Assembly: GCF_028707975.1 (NCBI RefSeq) | Contig: NZ_JAQVZX010000001.1 | Location: 73-64,072, forward strand | Reading direction: 5' to 3' | Source of the DNA: Syntrophomonas sp. | Lineage (GTDB): Bacteria; Bacillota; Syntrophomonadia; Syntrophomonadales; Syntrophomonadaceae | DNA: 64,000 nt | Part shown: in pieces, positions 9,222 through 19,394 of the stretch | How positions within the stretch are numbered: position 1 is the first letter of the stretch | Layout: each line of letters begins with the position of its first letter | The notes under the pieces: generated by a model | What the model was told of the DNA's origin: nothing | Seen by the model: only the letters and a program-made list of their open reading frames with translations | Databases searched by the model: none | Program-made: the position numbers and the translations under genes

Positions 9222-10745
9222 TTAGCGTCCTGGCAGAAGCCCGGCTCCCTTTGCCAGTTCAGGATTAATAGCCGAACCTTCAGGAAGGGAATACCTTAAA
9301 GCTCCAGAGGGACAACGGTTTATGCTTCTAATTATGGCTTCCGTCGGAGCCCCATCAACTTTCACCCAGGGCCTGGCTTCTGGATTGAATACCTGGGGAA
9401 GCCGGGTAAAACAGTGGGTATCATGCTGGCAAAGCTTAGGATCCCAATACACAATAATGTCCTCATTAGCATATTCCTTGATATAATTCCCCGCTATTTC
9501 TTCTCTTTTTTCGCTATCGTTGATAAATTGGAACTCCAGCAAATCCTGGTTACCGGCCAGAACCGCCCGTCCAAAATTGCTCCCGAAGGCTACGGCTTGC
9601 TCCAGTTCCTCTTTGGATGGCTGGAATCTGATGCGCAACCCAGGCAAAACATTCATACGCAGCATCCGCAAGCGTTTTTGCATATTGGGCACCGCTTCCC
9701 CGCTCCAACCATAATCTCCAAAAGCCGCCGCTACCATCGCCTCGTGGATAATGGGGGACATAGAGCTCAACAGGTTCCAGACCGGCGGTACGCAGTCCTT
9801 GTTAATAGTTGGAGAACCGATCAGAAAACCTCGTGCGTTTTCCAGCTCAACCAGTACTTCTTCCGTTGTGGCTTCGACCAGGTCAAACTCCTTAAGATTA
9901 AAATCCCCACTTTTGTTCAGGCCTTCTATTATACTCTCAGCTAGCCTTCGGGTGTAGCCATAAGCACTTGCGCGGGCCATTACAATCTTGGGTCGTGGAT
10001 CGGACTCGGCTACCGGTGTAGCCCACTGCCGGTATAAATCTATATAATGGGTGATATTGCTGCGCAAAATAGGCCCATGCCCGGGACAGATAATATCGAT
10101 ATTCAGCCCTTTAATCCGCTCCAGTGCTCTCAACACATAGGGCTTGAACGGTCCCATAATAACATCAAAATAATACTTGAAGTCTGGGCTAAAGTCTTCC
10201 TCAATTAAATCATTAAAAATCTCTTCACTGGAGTAATGACTGCCAAAGGAATCGCAAGTGAATAAGATGCGGTCTTCGGGAAGGTAGGAATAGATGCTAT
10301 CCGGCCAGTGCAACAAAGTGGCGCCAATAAAATGCAGGCTTTTGTCGCCCAGATTAAGCTGACTGCCCTGGCCCACGATCCTGGCATCGAAGTCTTTATT
10401 GGTTATTTCCCGCAGGAACTCTATAGTATTGGGACTACCTACAACAGTTAATCCAGGTATCCTTTCCAGCAGTCTGGCCACGGAACCGGAATGATCGGGT
10501 TCAGTATGATTCATAAGCAAATAATCAATCTCTTCAAATTCTACAAGCTGCTGCAACTTTTCTAAATATTCTTCAAAAAAATCATTCTTTACCGTCTCCA
10601 CCAGTACGGTCTTCTCGCTTCCCTTTATCAGATAGGCATTGTAACTGCTTCCATGTTCTGTGTGCATGATTATATCAAATACCCTTAAAGCAGGATCCTG
10701 AACTCCCACCCAGTAAACATTTTCGCTAATTTTTACGTTCTGCAT
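9222..10745 (-). CDS. FprA-type flavodiiron protein with C-terminal Fe-S domain
   Basis: HTEPDHSG, HWPD and CPGHG diiron motifs, a flavodoxin domain, and C-terminal CQHDTHC...CPSGAL; ATG 10745 after GAGGAGGG. Confidence 0.9.
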   Translation of the reverse strand: MQNVKISENVYWVGVQDPALRVFDIIMHTEHGSSYNAYLIKGSEKTVLVETVKNDFFEEYLEKLQQLVEFEEIDYLLMNHTEPDHSGSVARLLERIPGLTVVGSPNTIEFLREITNKDFDARIVGQGSQLNLGDKSLHFIGATLLHWPDSIYSYLPEDRILFTCDSFGSHYSSEEIFNDLIEEDFSPDFKYYFDVIMGPFKPYVLRALERIKGLNIDIICPGHGPILRSNITHYIDLYRQWATPVAESDPRPKIVMARASAYGYTRRLAESIIEGLNKSGDFNLKEFDLVEATTEEVLVELENARGFLIGSPTINKDCVPPVWNLLSSMSPIIHEAMVAAAFGDYGWSGEAVPNMQKRLRMLRMNVLPGLRIRFQPSKEELEQAVAFGSNFGRAVLAGNQDLLEFQFINDSEKREEIAGNYIKEYANEDIIVYWDPKLCQHDTHCFTRLPQVFNPEARPWVKVDGAPTEAIIRSINRCPSGALRYSLPEGSAINPELAKGAGLLPGR

Positions 10746-10867
10746 ATGATTCCCTCCTCGACATAATCTCCATTTCATAATAAGTGAAGCCAGTATAATA
10801 TACAAGCTGACATTTTTAGGTATCACCCTGTATATGCTACTTACTTTCCCGACAATTATGAAAGTAC

Positions 10868-11145
10868 GACTCCACTGCAAAAACCCTTATGCTGCATAAG
10901 GGTTGCATAAATATAAGAGCGATCGTTGGCGAAGGTGAAAGCGGGCGGTCGAAGACCGCCCTTACAATGCCTTGCAGTCGCTATTAAGGTTATTGCGCCT
11001 GATTCGGAACGACGCGGGGGTCGTTTCCTACACACCCTTCTGTCGCTATTAAGGACGCTGGAGCGGTATAAATATGCACGCTAATGCATATTTATAACTT
11101 TTTGCAGTGACATCATATAACCAAAATAACTTTTGCAGTGACATC
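10868..11145 (+). mobile_element. MITE-like family B, full copy with duplicated right end
   Basis: gactccactgcaaaaa ... ttttgcagtgacatc, the right end present twice (ending 11114 and 11145). Confidence 0.88.
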
Positions 11146-11185
11146 AAGTTGCATATTTCGACTGTCCCCGTCGCGATGGGCTTTG

Positions 11186-11215
11186 TTGACAAGTCTACAA
11201 ATTAGGGGCTATAAT
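11186..11215 (+). promoter_or_regulatory. sigma-A promoter
   Basis: TTGACA-18 nt-TATAAT upstream of the 11253 ORF. Confidence 0.75.
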
Positions 11216-11252
11216 TTTATCAAATCACAGAATAAAGGGGGCAAGTCTCTTT

Positions 11253-11651
11253 ATGAAGGACTTGATTTGTGATGAGTTTCAAAATGTTGTAGCTGACCTT
11301 TTGATTAGGCATCGCAGCATTTTAGATATCCTCTCCAAGCTTTCGGAATCAACCTGCCGGGTTAACCGGGCCGTCACCAAATCTGTTACCGATTGCGGAT
11401 GCCTTTCAATTCAAGCTGAAAAACTGCAGATCCCGGATCATATCAACACCTTCGAGGAATTAAAGAATTATCTTGATAATCACTTACATGGACAACTATG
11501 CAGTAATTGTGAAGAGATTGTCCTCAACGAAATGGGCAAAATGCTGTTCTATACGGCAGCTCTCTGCAACACGTTGGACATCAGCCTTTATGATGTCTTC
11601 ATCAAGGAATATAAAAAGGCTTCCACCCTGGGAATATTCAATATGACATAA
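11253..11651 (+). CDS. conserved Cys-rich hypothetical protein (MazG-like C-terminal helix)
   Basis: Promoter and RBS present; CGC and CSNC motifs; EMGKMLFYTAALCNTLDI resembles the all-alpha NTP pyrophosphatase helix. Confidence 0.75.
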   Translation: MKDLICDEFQNVVADLLIRHRSILDILSKLSESTCRVNRAVTKSVTDCGCLSIQAEKLQIPDHINTFEELKNYLDNHLHGQLCSNCEEIVLNEMGKMLFYTAALCNTLDISLYDVFIKEYKKASTLGIFNMT

Positions 11652-11654
11652 TCC

Positions 11655-11718
11655 ATTAAAAGCAGGCGGAAGCAAAGGCGGAGCAGAGCCTCCGCCTTTG
11701 CTTCCGCCTGCTTTTAAT
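11655..11718. terminator. perfect 29 bp-stem inverted repeat, probable bidirectional terminator
   Basis: attaaaagcaggcggaagcaaaggcggag-cagagc-exact reverse complement, between convergent genes. Confidence 0.8.
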
Positions 11719-11749
11719 AAGACCTTACATATCGATATCGCTTATTCTC

Positions 11750-11875
11750 TAACTAATCCCCCATGCCTCGCGAATACAAGCACCGATGGAAAGTGAGTTT
11801 AAGCGTTTATTATATAATCAGAAGGGGTAGGAAATAACCCCCTCCCTCTTCTGATGTCTGACGACCGACGACCAA
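11750..11875 (-). repeat. repeat family C copy (inverted relative to 21937-22067)
   Basis: ttatataatcagaaggggtaggaaataaccccctcc...ttctgatgtctgacgaccgacgaccaa is the reverse complement of the 21937-22067 copy. Confidence 0.8.
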
Positions 11876-12946
11876 TCAAAGCATAAACTCCAAGAGCAAT
11901 TGTTCCTGCATTCGTTTCAATCCGTTCTTGATGGAACGCGCTCTTACTTCTCCAATACCCTCAACATCATCCAGTTCCTCAATACTGGCCCGCAGAATAT
12001 TGCTCAACAAGCCAAAACGCCCAACCAGGTTATCAATTATGGATAAAGGTATCCGGGGCAGCTTATGTAACATTCTATAGCCTCGGGAAGAAACCTGCTG
12101 TTCCAGGTGACTGCTACTGGTACCAAGAGATAATATCCGAGCAATAAATACCGAGTCCGAAATATCCTCCTCAAAGGCCCGCCGCATATTGTTCAATAAT
12201 TCCTGCGAGCTCTTATCACTGGTATTGGAATAATCCTGAATTATAAATAGGGCTTCTTCTTCGACCGAAGCTATCATTTCATCCAATTGCATTTTCACCA
12301 GCCGACCTTCGGTTCCCAGTTCAAGTATGTGGTTTTCAATTTCTCCGGCTATGTTTAGGACCTTGAGGCTGCGCCGAATAACCTTGCAAACTTCGGAAAC
12401 TGTAACCATATCCTCAAATTCGAGCCCGCCCAAACGCTGGAGTTCGCGGGCATAAACATTCCGGTACTTTTCCAGGGTTTGTAATGCCTGGTTGGCCTTA
12501 ACTAATATGGAGGGTAGATCCCGCAGGCGAAACATGATATTGCTCTGGTATAAAGTTACTACTTTGCGTCGTTGGGATACTGCCACCACCAGTTGCCCAG
12601 TTTGTCTGGCTACTCGTTCGGCGGTACGGTGCCTGATGCCGGTTTCATCAGAATGAATCTCCGGGTCGGGGTCAAGCTGAGCATTGGCTACCACAATCCT
12701 GGAGGCATCACTATTGGTTATTATAGCTCCGTCCATTTTGGCCAACTCGTACAACCGGGAAGGTGTAAACTCGCAATCTATGTGAAATCCACCACTAACA
12801 ATGTTCATTAATTCGGGCGAATCCCCCACTACGATAAGCCCTCCAGTATCAGCTTGCAGTACATTTTCCACCCCCAGGCGGAATACGGTTCCGGGCGCCA
12901 GCATTTGCAGATATTTTTTGAAAGTTCCTACATAAATCTCTTCCAC
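11876..12946 (-). CDS. disA: DNA integrity scanning diadenylate cyclase DisA
   Basis: DGA and RHR motifs, C-terminal HhH; follows radA. Confidence 0.96.
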   Translation of the reverse strand: MEEIYVGTFKKYLQMLAPGTVFRLGVENVLQADTGGLIVVGDSPELMNIVSGGFHIDCEFTPSRLYELAKMDGAIITNSDASRIVVANAQLDPDPEIHSDETGIRHRTAERVARQTGQLVVAVSQRRKVVTLYQSNIMFRLRDLPSILVKANQALQTLEKYRNVYARELQRLGGLEFEDMVTVSEVCKVIRRSLKVLNIAGEIENHILELGTEGRLVKMQLDEMIASVEEEALFIIQDYSNTSDKSSQELLNNMRRAFEEDISDSVFIARILSLGTSSSHLEQQVSSRGYRMLHKLPRIPLSIIDNLVGRFGLLSNILRASIEELDDVEGIGEVRARSIKNGLKRMQEQLLLEFML

Positions 12947-12951
12947 CTGGA

Positions 12952-14304
12952 TTATCCCTCCAACACTAGATCTATAAAATTATCAAGGCTCTTTACCTCT
13001 AATACCTCTAAATTATAGGCAGATAACGACCTGCCTGGGGAATTTGGAACAATCACCCTTTTATAACCCATTCTATCTATCTCTTTTAAACGTAAATCCA
13101 GGAAAGACACCGGTCTTATTTGTCCGCTAAGGCTTATTTCGCCAATAAAAACGGTATCCAATGCCAGAGGCTTTTCCAGATAACTGGATAGCACCGCAGC
13201 AGCAATTCCCAGATCAACGGAAGGATCTTTTAGAAAAACCCCACCGGAAACCTTGAGATAGACATCACAGGCAGATAGCTTATATCCTCGTCTCTTCTCT
13301 AAAACCGCGATTATCAATGACAGACGGTTCTGGTCTATGCCCGAAACCATCCGGCGCGGGTATCCAGCTCCCAGAGAAGAAACCAAAGCCTGTAGCTCAA
13401 TCAACAGCGGCCTGCTTCCCTCAATACTGGCAACTATGGCTGTGCCACTACATTCCTCCTGTAGCTGGCTCAAAAAAGCATAGGACGGATCTGGTACTTC
13501 CACCAGTCCCTGGCCACTCATTTCCAATAAAGCAATTTCATCGGTAGCTCCATAGCGGTTTTTGGCCGCTCGTAAAAGACGAAAAGAGAAGTTCTTTTCT
13601 CCCTCAAAATAGACTACGACATCTACTATGTGTTCCAGAACTTTGGGTCCGGCCAGTGCGCCATCTTTGGTTACATGCCCTACCAGAAAAACGGCCTTGT
13701 CCATCTTTTTGGCAATTTGCATTACGGTAGCGGTACTTTCTCTTAATTGGGAAACACTCCCGGGAATAGAAGATATCTTGGAGGAATAAACTGTCTGTAT
13801 GGAATCAATGATAATTAAATCTGGATCCAGCTCGTTTATGTATTCATGAAGAAGATCAATGTCCTGCTCATTCAAGAGGAAAATCCTATCACTGTTAATA
13901 CCTAGCCTTCCAGCTCTTAAGCGGATTTGCTGCAAAGATTCTTCTCCGGACAAATAAAGCACCTTTTTCCCACTGGCCGCTATTAATCCAGCCACCTGCA
14001 ATAAGAGCGTTGACTTACCTATACCGGGGTCTCCCCCCAACAAAATCAAGGAACCGGGGACAATGCCGCCCCCTAAAACCCGGTCCAATTCCGATAATCC
14101 ACTGCTAAATCTCTGACTATCTTCAGCGGAAAGCTGGTTTAATGGGATGGCTGTTACTCGCTCTGCCGCTCTTCGCGCCGGCTTTTTGCTTATGCTTTCC
14201 TCCAGCAAGCTGTTCCAGGCAGAACAACCCGGGCATTTTCCCAGCCATTTGGGAGTCTCATAACCACATTCATGGCATATAAACTTGCTTATAATCTTTC
14301 CCAT
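12952..14304 (-). CDS. radA: DNA repair protein RadA/Sms
   Basis: C4 zinc finger, GDPGIGKST, KNRYG and a Lon-like C-terminus. Confidence 0.97.
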   Translation of the reverse strand: MGKIISKFICHECGYETPKWLGKCPGCSAWNSLLEESISKKPARRAAERVTAIPLNQLSAEDSQRFSSGLSELDRVLGGGIVPGSLILLGGDPGIGKSTLLLQVAGLIAASGKKVLYLSGEESLQQIRLRAGRLGINSDRIFLLNEQDIDLLHEYINELDPDLIIIDSIQTVYSSKISSIPGSVSQLRESTATVMQIAKKMDKAVFLVGHVTKDGALAGPKVLEHIVDVVVYFEGEKNFSFRLLRAAKNRYGATDEIALLEMSGQGLVEVPDPSYAFLSQLQEECSGTAIVASIEGSRPLLIELQALVSSLGAGYPRRMVSGIDQNRLSLIIAVLEKRRGYKLSACDVYLKVSGGVFLKDPSVDLGIAAAVLSSYLEKPLALDTVFIGEISLSGQIRPVSFLDLRLKEIDRMGYKRVIVPNSPGRSLSAYNLEVLEVKSLDNFIDLVLEG

Positions 14305-14409
14305 AACTTTCTCCCCAGAACTATTATATTATATTTCGCATCCCGACTTTAAAAAGTTTAATTAAAAATAATGCTACTGCATAAAGTCCAGAATATTATT
14401 TTGCTTGTA

Positions 14410-14694
14410 TATGTCACTGAAAAAGTTGACTCCACTGCAAAAAACCCTTTTTGTTGCATAAGGGTTGCATGAATATATAAAACGCTGGCGAAGGTGAAAG
14501 CGGGCGCTCGAAGATCGCCCTTACAATGCCTTGCAGTCACTATTAAGGTTGTTGCGCCTGATTCGGAACGACACGGGGGTCGTTCCCTACATAGCCTGCG
14601 GGTACGCCTGATGCTCCCTTCGGTCGCTTTTAAGGTTGCTGAGCGGTATAAATATGCATACTGCTGCATATTTATTACTTTTTGCAGTGACATC
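14410..14694 (+). mobile_element. MITE-like family B, full copy (14428-14694) abutting an end remnant (14410-14427)
   Basis: TIRs gactccactgcaaaaa and tttttgcagtgacatc; preceded by tatgtcactgaaaaagtt. Confidence 0.88.
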
Positions 14695-14782
14695 ATACTT
14701 ATAAATATGCAGCAGTGTCAATTAAAATTTGGCCAACTGGGGGACTGAAGCCTAAACGCTCCCGCTCCCCTTTTCTTGCCTT

Positions 14783-17269
14783 TTACTGTTGAAGGCCTTT
14801 CCGGGCTACGATGTGACTATCCTCAGCATCTACCAGGATCTTATCCCCTGGGAGCAGATTCTTTTTTAATATTTCTTCGGAGATGGTATCCTCGACCAGT
14901 TTCTGTATGGCCCTTTTCAGGGGTCGGGCTCCAAAAGCCGGTTCATAACCTTCTTTTAATATTATTTCCCGAGCCTCAGGGCTTATCTCCATTTCATAGC
15001 CATTTTCTTTAACTCTTTCTTTCAGCTCCAGCAACAATAGATCCACGATCTCCTTCAGTTCCTGATCACTGAGATTCTGGAAGACAATTATTTCGTCAAT
15101 CCGGTTCATAAATTCCGGCTTGAAGGTGTGTTTTAATTGCTCCATAACCCTTTCTTTCATCTGGTTGTAATTCTGCGCCTCATCAACGGCCCTGGTAAAG
15201 CCTACTTTTTTGCTGTTCTTGATGGAATCAGCCCCCACATTGGAGGTCATAATAACCACCGTATTCCTAAAGTCCACTGTTCTCCCCTGTCCATCAGTCA
15301 AGCGGCCATCTTCCATAACCTGCAGGAGGATATTAAACACATCGGGGTGGGCTTTTTCGATTTCATCCAGAAGAATAACGGAATAAGGCTTTTTCCTTAC
15401 TTTCTCGGTTAATTGTCCTCCTTCGTCATAACCTACATATCCAGGAGGCGAGCCAATCATCCTGGATACGGCATGCTTCTCCATGTATTCGGACATATCC
15501 AACCTGATTATGGCATCCTCACTGCCAAACATGGCTTCCGCCAGGCTGCGCGCCAATTCTGTCTTTCCCACCCCGGTGGGACCCAGGAAAACAAAGGAGC
15601 CGATAGGGCGTTTGGGGTTCTTCAAACCGGCCCGGGCCCGTCTTACTGCACGCGATACAGCTTTAACCGCCTCTTCCTGACCTATTACTCTTTTATGCAG
15701 GACACCCTCCATTTGAACCAGACGCTCGCTCTCTTCTGCCGCCAGCTTGCTAACCGGTATACCAGTCCAGCTGGATACCACCGCTGCAATTTCTTCTTCG
15801 CCTACACTTCCCACATTCAGGCTGCGTTTGTTGGACCATTCTTTCCTCTCATTTTCTATCTCATCTTTGAGCTTTTGTTCCTCATCTCTCAGGTTGGCTG
15901 CTTTTTCGTATTCCTGCCCATTAATGGCCTCTTCTTTTTCCTTGATTAGATCTTCTAGCTGACTTTCCTTCTTTTTTAATTCCTCAGGAATAATATAATT
16001 AGCCAACCTGACCCGTGACGAAGCCTCATCAATGAGGTCTATAGCCTTGTCCGGCAGGAAACGGTCACTGATATAGCGGGCTGACAATCTGGTTGCCGCT
16101 GCAATGGCTTCATCACTTATCTTAACCCCATGGTGAGCCTCATAACGATCCCTTAATCCCCTTAATATTTCAATACTTTCCTCTATGCTGGGCTCTTCCA
16201 CCAGAATAGGTTGAAATCGCCTTTCCAGAGCGGCATCCTTTTCCACATGTTTACGGTACTCATTCAGGGTAGTAGCTCCTACACATTGAAATTCTCCCCG
16301 GGCCAGGGAAGGTTTGAGAATATTGGCAGCATCAATGGCCCCTTCCGCTGCTCCCGCTCCTACTAGGGTATGAAGCTCATCAATAAATACAATTACATCA
16401 CCTGATGATCTTATTTCATTAACTATCCTGGTCAGGCGCTCCTCAAACTCACCCCGATATTTGGTCCCGGCTACCATTGCGGACAGATCGAGTGCCACCA
16501 CCCTCTTATTGCTTAAAATTTCAGGAATCTGGTTGTCCATAATTTGCTGGGCCAGCCCTTCAACAATAGCGGTTTTCCCCACCCCCGGGTCGCCAATCAA
16601 TACCGGATTGTTTTTAGTGCGCCGGGATAATATCTGTATAACCCTCTCGATTTCATTATTCCGGCCAATAACTGGATCCAACCTTCCTTCGCTGGCATCC
16701 TGGGTTAGATCGCGACTAAAGTTATCCAAGGTAGGCGTTTTGCTCCGAACTCGCTTCCTGCTCTGCGGATTCGCTTGACTTGCTGGTTCCTGGTAGGGAT
16801 TTTGGTTATTGTAAGTCTGAGAAATATCCCCCCCCAGAAGCAACATAACCTGCTCCCTAATCTGATCCAACTTAACTCCCATAGAATGTAGAACCTGGCC
16901 GGCCACCCCTTCTTCTTCCCTTAATACTGCCAACAAGAGATGTTCGGTACCCACATAATTGACTCCCTGTAAACGCGCCTCATCAAAAGCCAGGTTAAAG
17001 ACCTTCTTGGCCCGGGGAGTAATCGGCAAGTCTCCGGCCGGTTTTTCCATAGCTTCGCCATTGGCCCCAATTACCCGGTTAATCTCTTCCCGAACTTTCT
17101 CTAGGTCAATACCACTGTTAAGTAAAGCTCGGGCACCAACGCCCTCGCCTTCCCGCAATAAGCCTAACAGGATATGCTCGGTGCCAATAGCCGGGTGACT
17201 AAGCTGCCGGGCTTCTTCCTGGGCATGAATAACCGCATTTCTAGCTCTCTGCGTAAATCTTCTAAACAT
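14783..17269 (-). CDS. clpC: ATP-dependent Clp protease ATP-binding subunit ClpC
   Basis: Clp-N repeats, two Walker A motifs ([16 protein letters not shown]), UVR domain. Confidence 0.97.
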   Translation of the reverse strand: MFRRFTQRARNAVIHAQEEARQLSHPAIGTEHILLGLLREGEGVGARALLNSGIDLEKVREEINRVIGANGEAMEKPAGDLPITPRAKKVFNLAFDEARLQGVNYVGTEHLLLAVLREEEGVAGQVLHSMGVKLDQIREQVMLLLGGDISQTYNNQNPYQEPASQANPQSRKRVRSKTPTLDNFSRDLTQDASEGRLDPVIGRNNEIERVIQILSRRTKNNPVLIGDPGVGKTAIVEGLAQQIMDNQIPEILSNKRVVALDLSAMVAGTKYRGEFEERLTRIVNEIRSSGDVIVFIDELHTLVGAGAAEGAIDAANILKPSLARGEFQCVGATTLNEYRKHVEKDAALERRFQPILVEEPSIEESIEILRGLRDRYEAHHGVKISDEAIAAATRLSARYISDRFLPDKAIDLIDEASSRVRLANYIIPEELKKKESQLEDLIKEKEEAINGQEYEKAANLRDEEQKLKDEIENERKEWSNKRSLNVGSVGEEEIAAVVSSWTGIPVSKLAAEESERLVQMEGVLHKRVIGQEEAVKAVSRAVRRARAGLKNPKRPIGSFVFLGPTGVGKTELARSLAEAMFGSEDAIIRLDMSEYMEKHAVSRMIGSPPGYVGYDEGGQLTEKVRKKPYSVILLDEIEKAHPDVFNILLQVMEDGRLTDGQGRTVDFRNTVVIMTSNVGADSIKNSKKVGFTRAVDEAQNYNQMKERVMEQLKHTFKPEFMNRIDEIIVFQNLSDQELKEIVDLLLLELKERVKENGYEMEISPEAREIILKEGYEPAFGARPLKRAIQKLVEDTISEEILKKNLLPGDKILVDAEDSHIVARKGLQQ

Positions 17270-17288
17270 ATTTTTCTCCTCCTTAGCT

Positions 17289-18359
17289 TTATTTCCCGGT
17301 CTGCAGTTTTTCTCGGATTACCTCAGCTCTTTTGGCATCCCGTTCGACCGCATTCATATCGCTCCCCGCCTTTTTCTGCAAGTGAGCCGGCCTTATATCC
17401 ACTACCAGCTCATTCAGGGCAAAAGGATTAATCCCGGGTATCATTCCCATGTCTACTCCCAGCCGTACATCCGAAAGTAATGTCAGAGCCTCATTTGAAC
17501 TTATCAGCCGGGCATGGGTAAGAATTCCATAGGCTCTGCCAATTCTATCCTCCAACTGATACTTCATCTGCTCGCTTAAGCTGTCACGAAGCAAACGCTC
17601 TTGTTCTATTACCTGCTGAGAAATCGCCGTAAGGCTGGCATTAATGTCTTCTTCACTCTGCCCTAGAGTAATCTGGTTGGATAATTGAAAGAAGTTGCCG
17701 ATAGCTTCGGTTCCTTCTCCGTAAATACCCCGCACCGCAAGCCCTAACTGGCTCAAGTTTTGAAATATATGCCCGCTTTGGCCGCTGATGCTTATGGCGG
17801 GAAGATGCAACATCAAAGAAGCCCTCATTCCCGTTCCAATATTGGTGGGACAGGAAGTCAGGTAGCCCCGATGATCATCAAAAGCAAAATCCAGCTCTTC
17901 TTCCAGGGCATCATCGATTTCCTGAGCCCGTTGATAAGCCTCTTCCAACTGCAGGCCCGGTAAAAAACATTGTATCCGTAGGTGATCCTCTTCATTTATC
18001 ATTATCGCCAAGGAGCCGTCAGCCTTGACCAGCAAGCCCTGATAGGGCCCAGTTGCTTGCGCATGGTAAGGACTGATAAGGTGCTTTTCCACCAGTATCT
18101 TGCGATCCAAAGCACTCAAATTTTCGAAAGTCACCAGTTCCATCTGCTTGAGTTCATTAACCTGGCTCTTTTTCCAGGCCTCGCTAATAAGCTGCATAAA
18201 TTTCTGACCTGATTGCTGATTAAGTAAATGCGGAAAAGCTATATCGTTTAGATTTCTGGCCAGGCGCACCCGGCTGCTTATTACAATATCTGATTGGCTT
18301 GCTGCTTGGCCATTCATCCAGGCAACAAAAGTCTCTTCGAATAAGTTATTTATATTCAC
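17289..18359 (-). CDS. mcsB: protein arginine kinase McsB
   Basis: [14 protein letters not shown] and [12 protein letters not shown] motifs; start GTG 18359 is approximate. Confidence 0.94.
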   Translation of the reverse strand: MNINNLFEETFVAWMNGQAASQSDIVISSRVRLARNLNDIAFPHLLNQQSGQKFMQLISEAWKKSQVNELKQMELVTFENLSALDRKILVEKHLISPYHAQATGPYQGLLVKADGSLAIMINEEDHLRIQCFLPGLQLEEAYQRAQEIDDALEEELDFAFDDHRGYLTSCPTNIGTGMRASLMLHLPAISISGQSGHIFQNLSQLGLAVRGIYGEGTEAIGNFFQLSNQITLGQSEEDINASLTAISQQVIEQERLLRDSLSEQMKYQLEDRIGRAYGILTHARLISSNEALTLLSDVRLGVDMGMIPGINPFALNELVVDIRPAHLQKKAGSDMNAVERDAKRAEVIREKLQTGK

Positions 18360-18372
18360 TCCGCCCACTTCC

Positions 18373-18882
18373 TTATCCTGTTCTCTTCTCCAGGCTTTTG
18401 ATCTGGTCTCTGATTTCAGCGGCTTCCTCGTATTCCTCACGGGCCACTGCTTCCTGCAATCGCTGCTTCAGGCTCTCCATCTGCTTTCTCCACAAAACCT
18501 TTTCTCCACCCCGCAGTGGAATTTTCCCGACATGCTGGCGATTGCCATGAATTCTGCGCAGGCTGGGGCCCAATTCCTGCTCAAAAGCCATATAACACTT
18601 GGCACAACCAAGCTTTCCTGTTTGTCTTATATCAAAAAGTTTTATGCCACAGCTCGGACAGCTAGTATTCTGAACCAGGGACTTGGCCTCTTGAATGCTA
18701 TGGTCCCCCCCCAAAAAACTGCCCAGCAAATTAGATATTGAAAGCTGGTTATTGGTACCAAAAATAATGGCGCCCTTTTGGCTGGCACATTGCTCACAGA
18801 GATGGACCTCAATTTTTTGCCCATTGAACATCTGGGCCAAATGAACTGTAGCCGGCCTGATTTTGCATTCTTCACAGTACAT
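18373..18882 (-). CDS. mcsA: McsB activator McsA
   Basis: Four CxxC motifs plus a UVR domain (EEYEEAAEIRDQI). Confidence 0.93.
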   Translation of the reverse strand: MYCEECKIRPATVHLAQMFNGQKIEVHLCEQCASQKGAIIFGTNNQLSISNLLGSFLGGDHSIQEAKSLVQNTSCPSCGIKLFDIRQTGKLGCAKCYMAFEQELGPSLRRIHGNRQHVGKIPLRGGEKVLWRKQMESLKQRLQEAVAREEYEEAAEIRDQIKSLEKRTG

Positions 18883-18899
18883 ACTTCTAACCTCCCATT

Positions 18900-19334
18900 T
18901 TACTTCTTGAGGAAATCAGCCAGGGCGTATTTAAATGCATCAAAGAACTGGCTCTTTTGATCCGGGGCCATTTCTTTCGAACTCTTGCTAATCACATGCT
19001 TTAACATTTCCCCTTCCTTCTGGCTTATGCTTTCAACTTCTAAAAGACGGTCAATAAATATGAATAATTCCTGCCTGCTCTCCCAGGCAGCCTCTTTATC
19101 CAGCTCGCAGCAGCTAATGCGAATAAAGCCTTTCCCCCCGCGCCTGCTCTCGGTTATATAGCCCGCTTTCTCGGTAAAACGGGTACCAATCACATAAGTA
19201 ACCTGTGAAGGAACACAAGAGAAAGTCTCGGCCAGTTCTACCCTTTGGATTTCAATCTGCTGAGCCTCACTCCTGGCTATCAATACTTTAATATATTCTT
19301 CGATCCTGTCTGCCAAACTCTTCTTCATAGCCAT
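18900..19334 (-). CDS. ctsR: class III heat-shock repressor CtsR
   Basis: CVPSQVTYVIGTRF and ESRRGGKGFIRI motifs; heads the mcsA-mcsB-clpC operon. Confidence 0.93.
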   Translation of the reverse strand: MAMKKSLADRIEEYIKVLIARSEAQQIEIQRVELAETFSCVPSQVTYVIGTRFTEKAGYITESRRGGKGFIRISCCELDKEAAWESRQELFIFIDRLLEVESISQKEGEMLKHVISKSSKEMAPDQKSQFFDAFKYALADFLKK

Positions 19335-19340
19335 TACCTC

Positions 19341-19394
19341 TTTGACCTTTCTTGACCTTAATACTATTCTAATCGCTCTGCGCCAGAAGGTAAA
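19341..19394 (-). promoter_or_regulatory. CtsR operator plus sigma-A-like promoter
   Basis: Minus strand GGTCAAG-AAA-GGTCAAA heptad repeat (19341-19357) downstream of TTTACC-17-TAGAAT. Confidence 0.8.

Noticed and set aside
10900-10970. Group II intron domain V remnant (ggtgaaagc motif) in family B
   Set aside because: No AGC/CGC catalytic triad helix or D5/D6 geometry.
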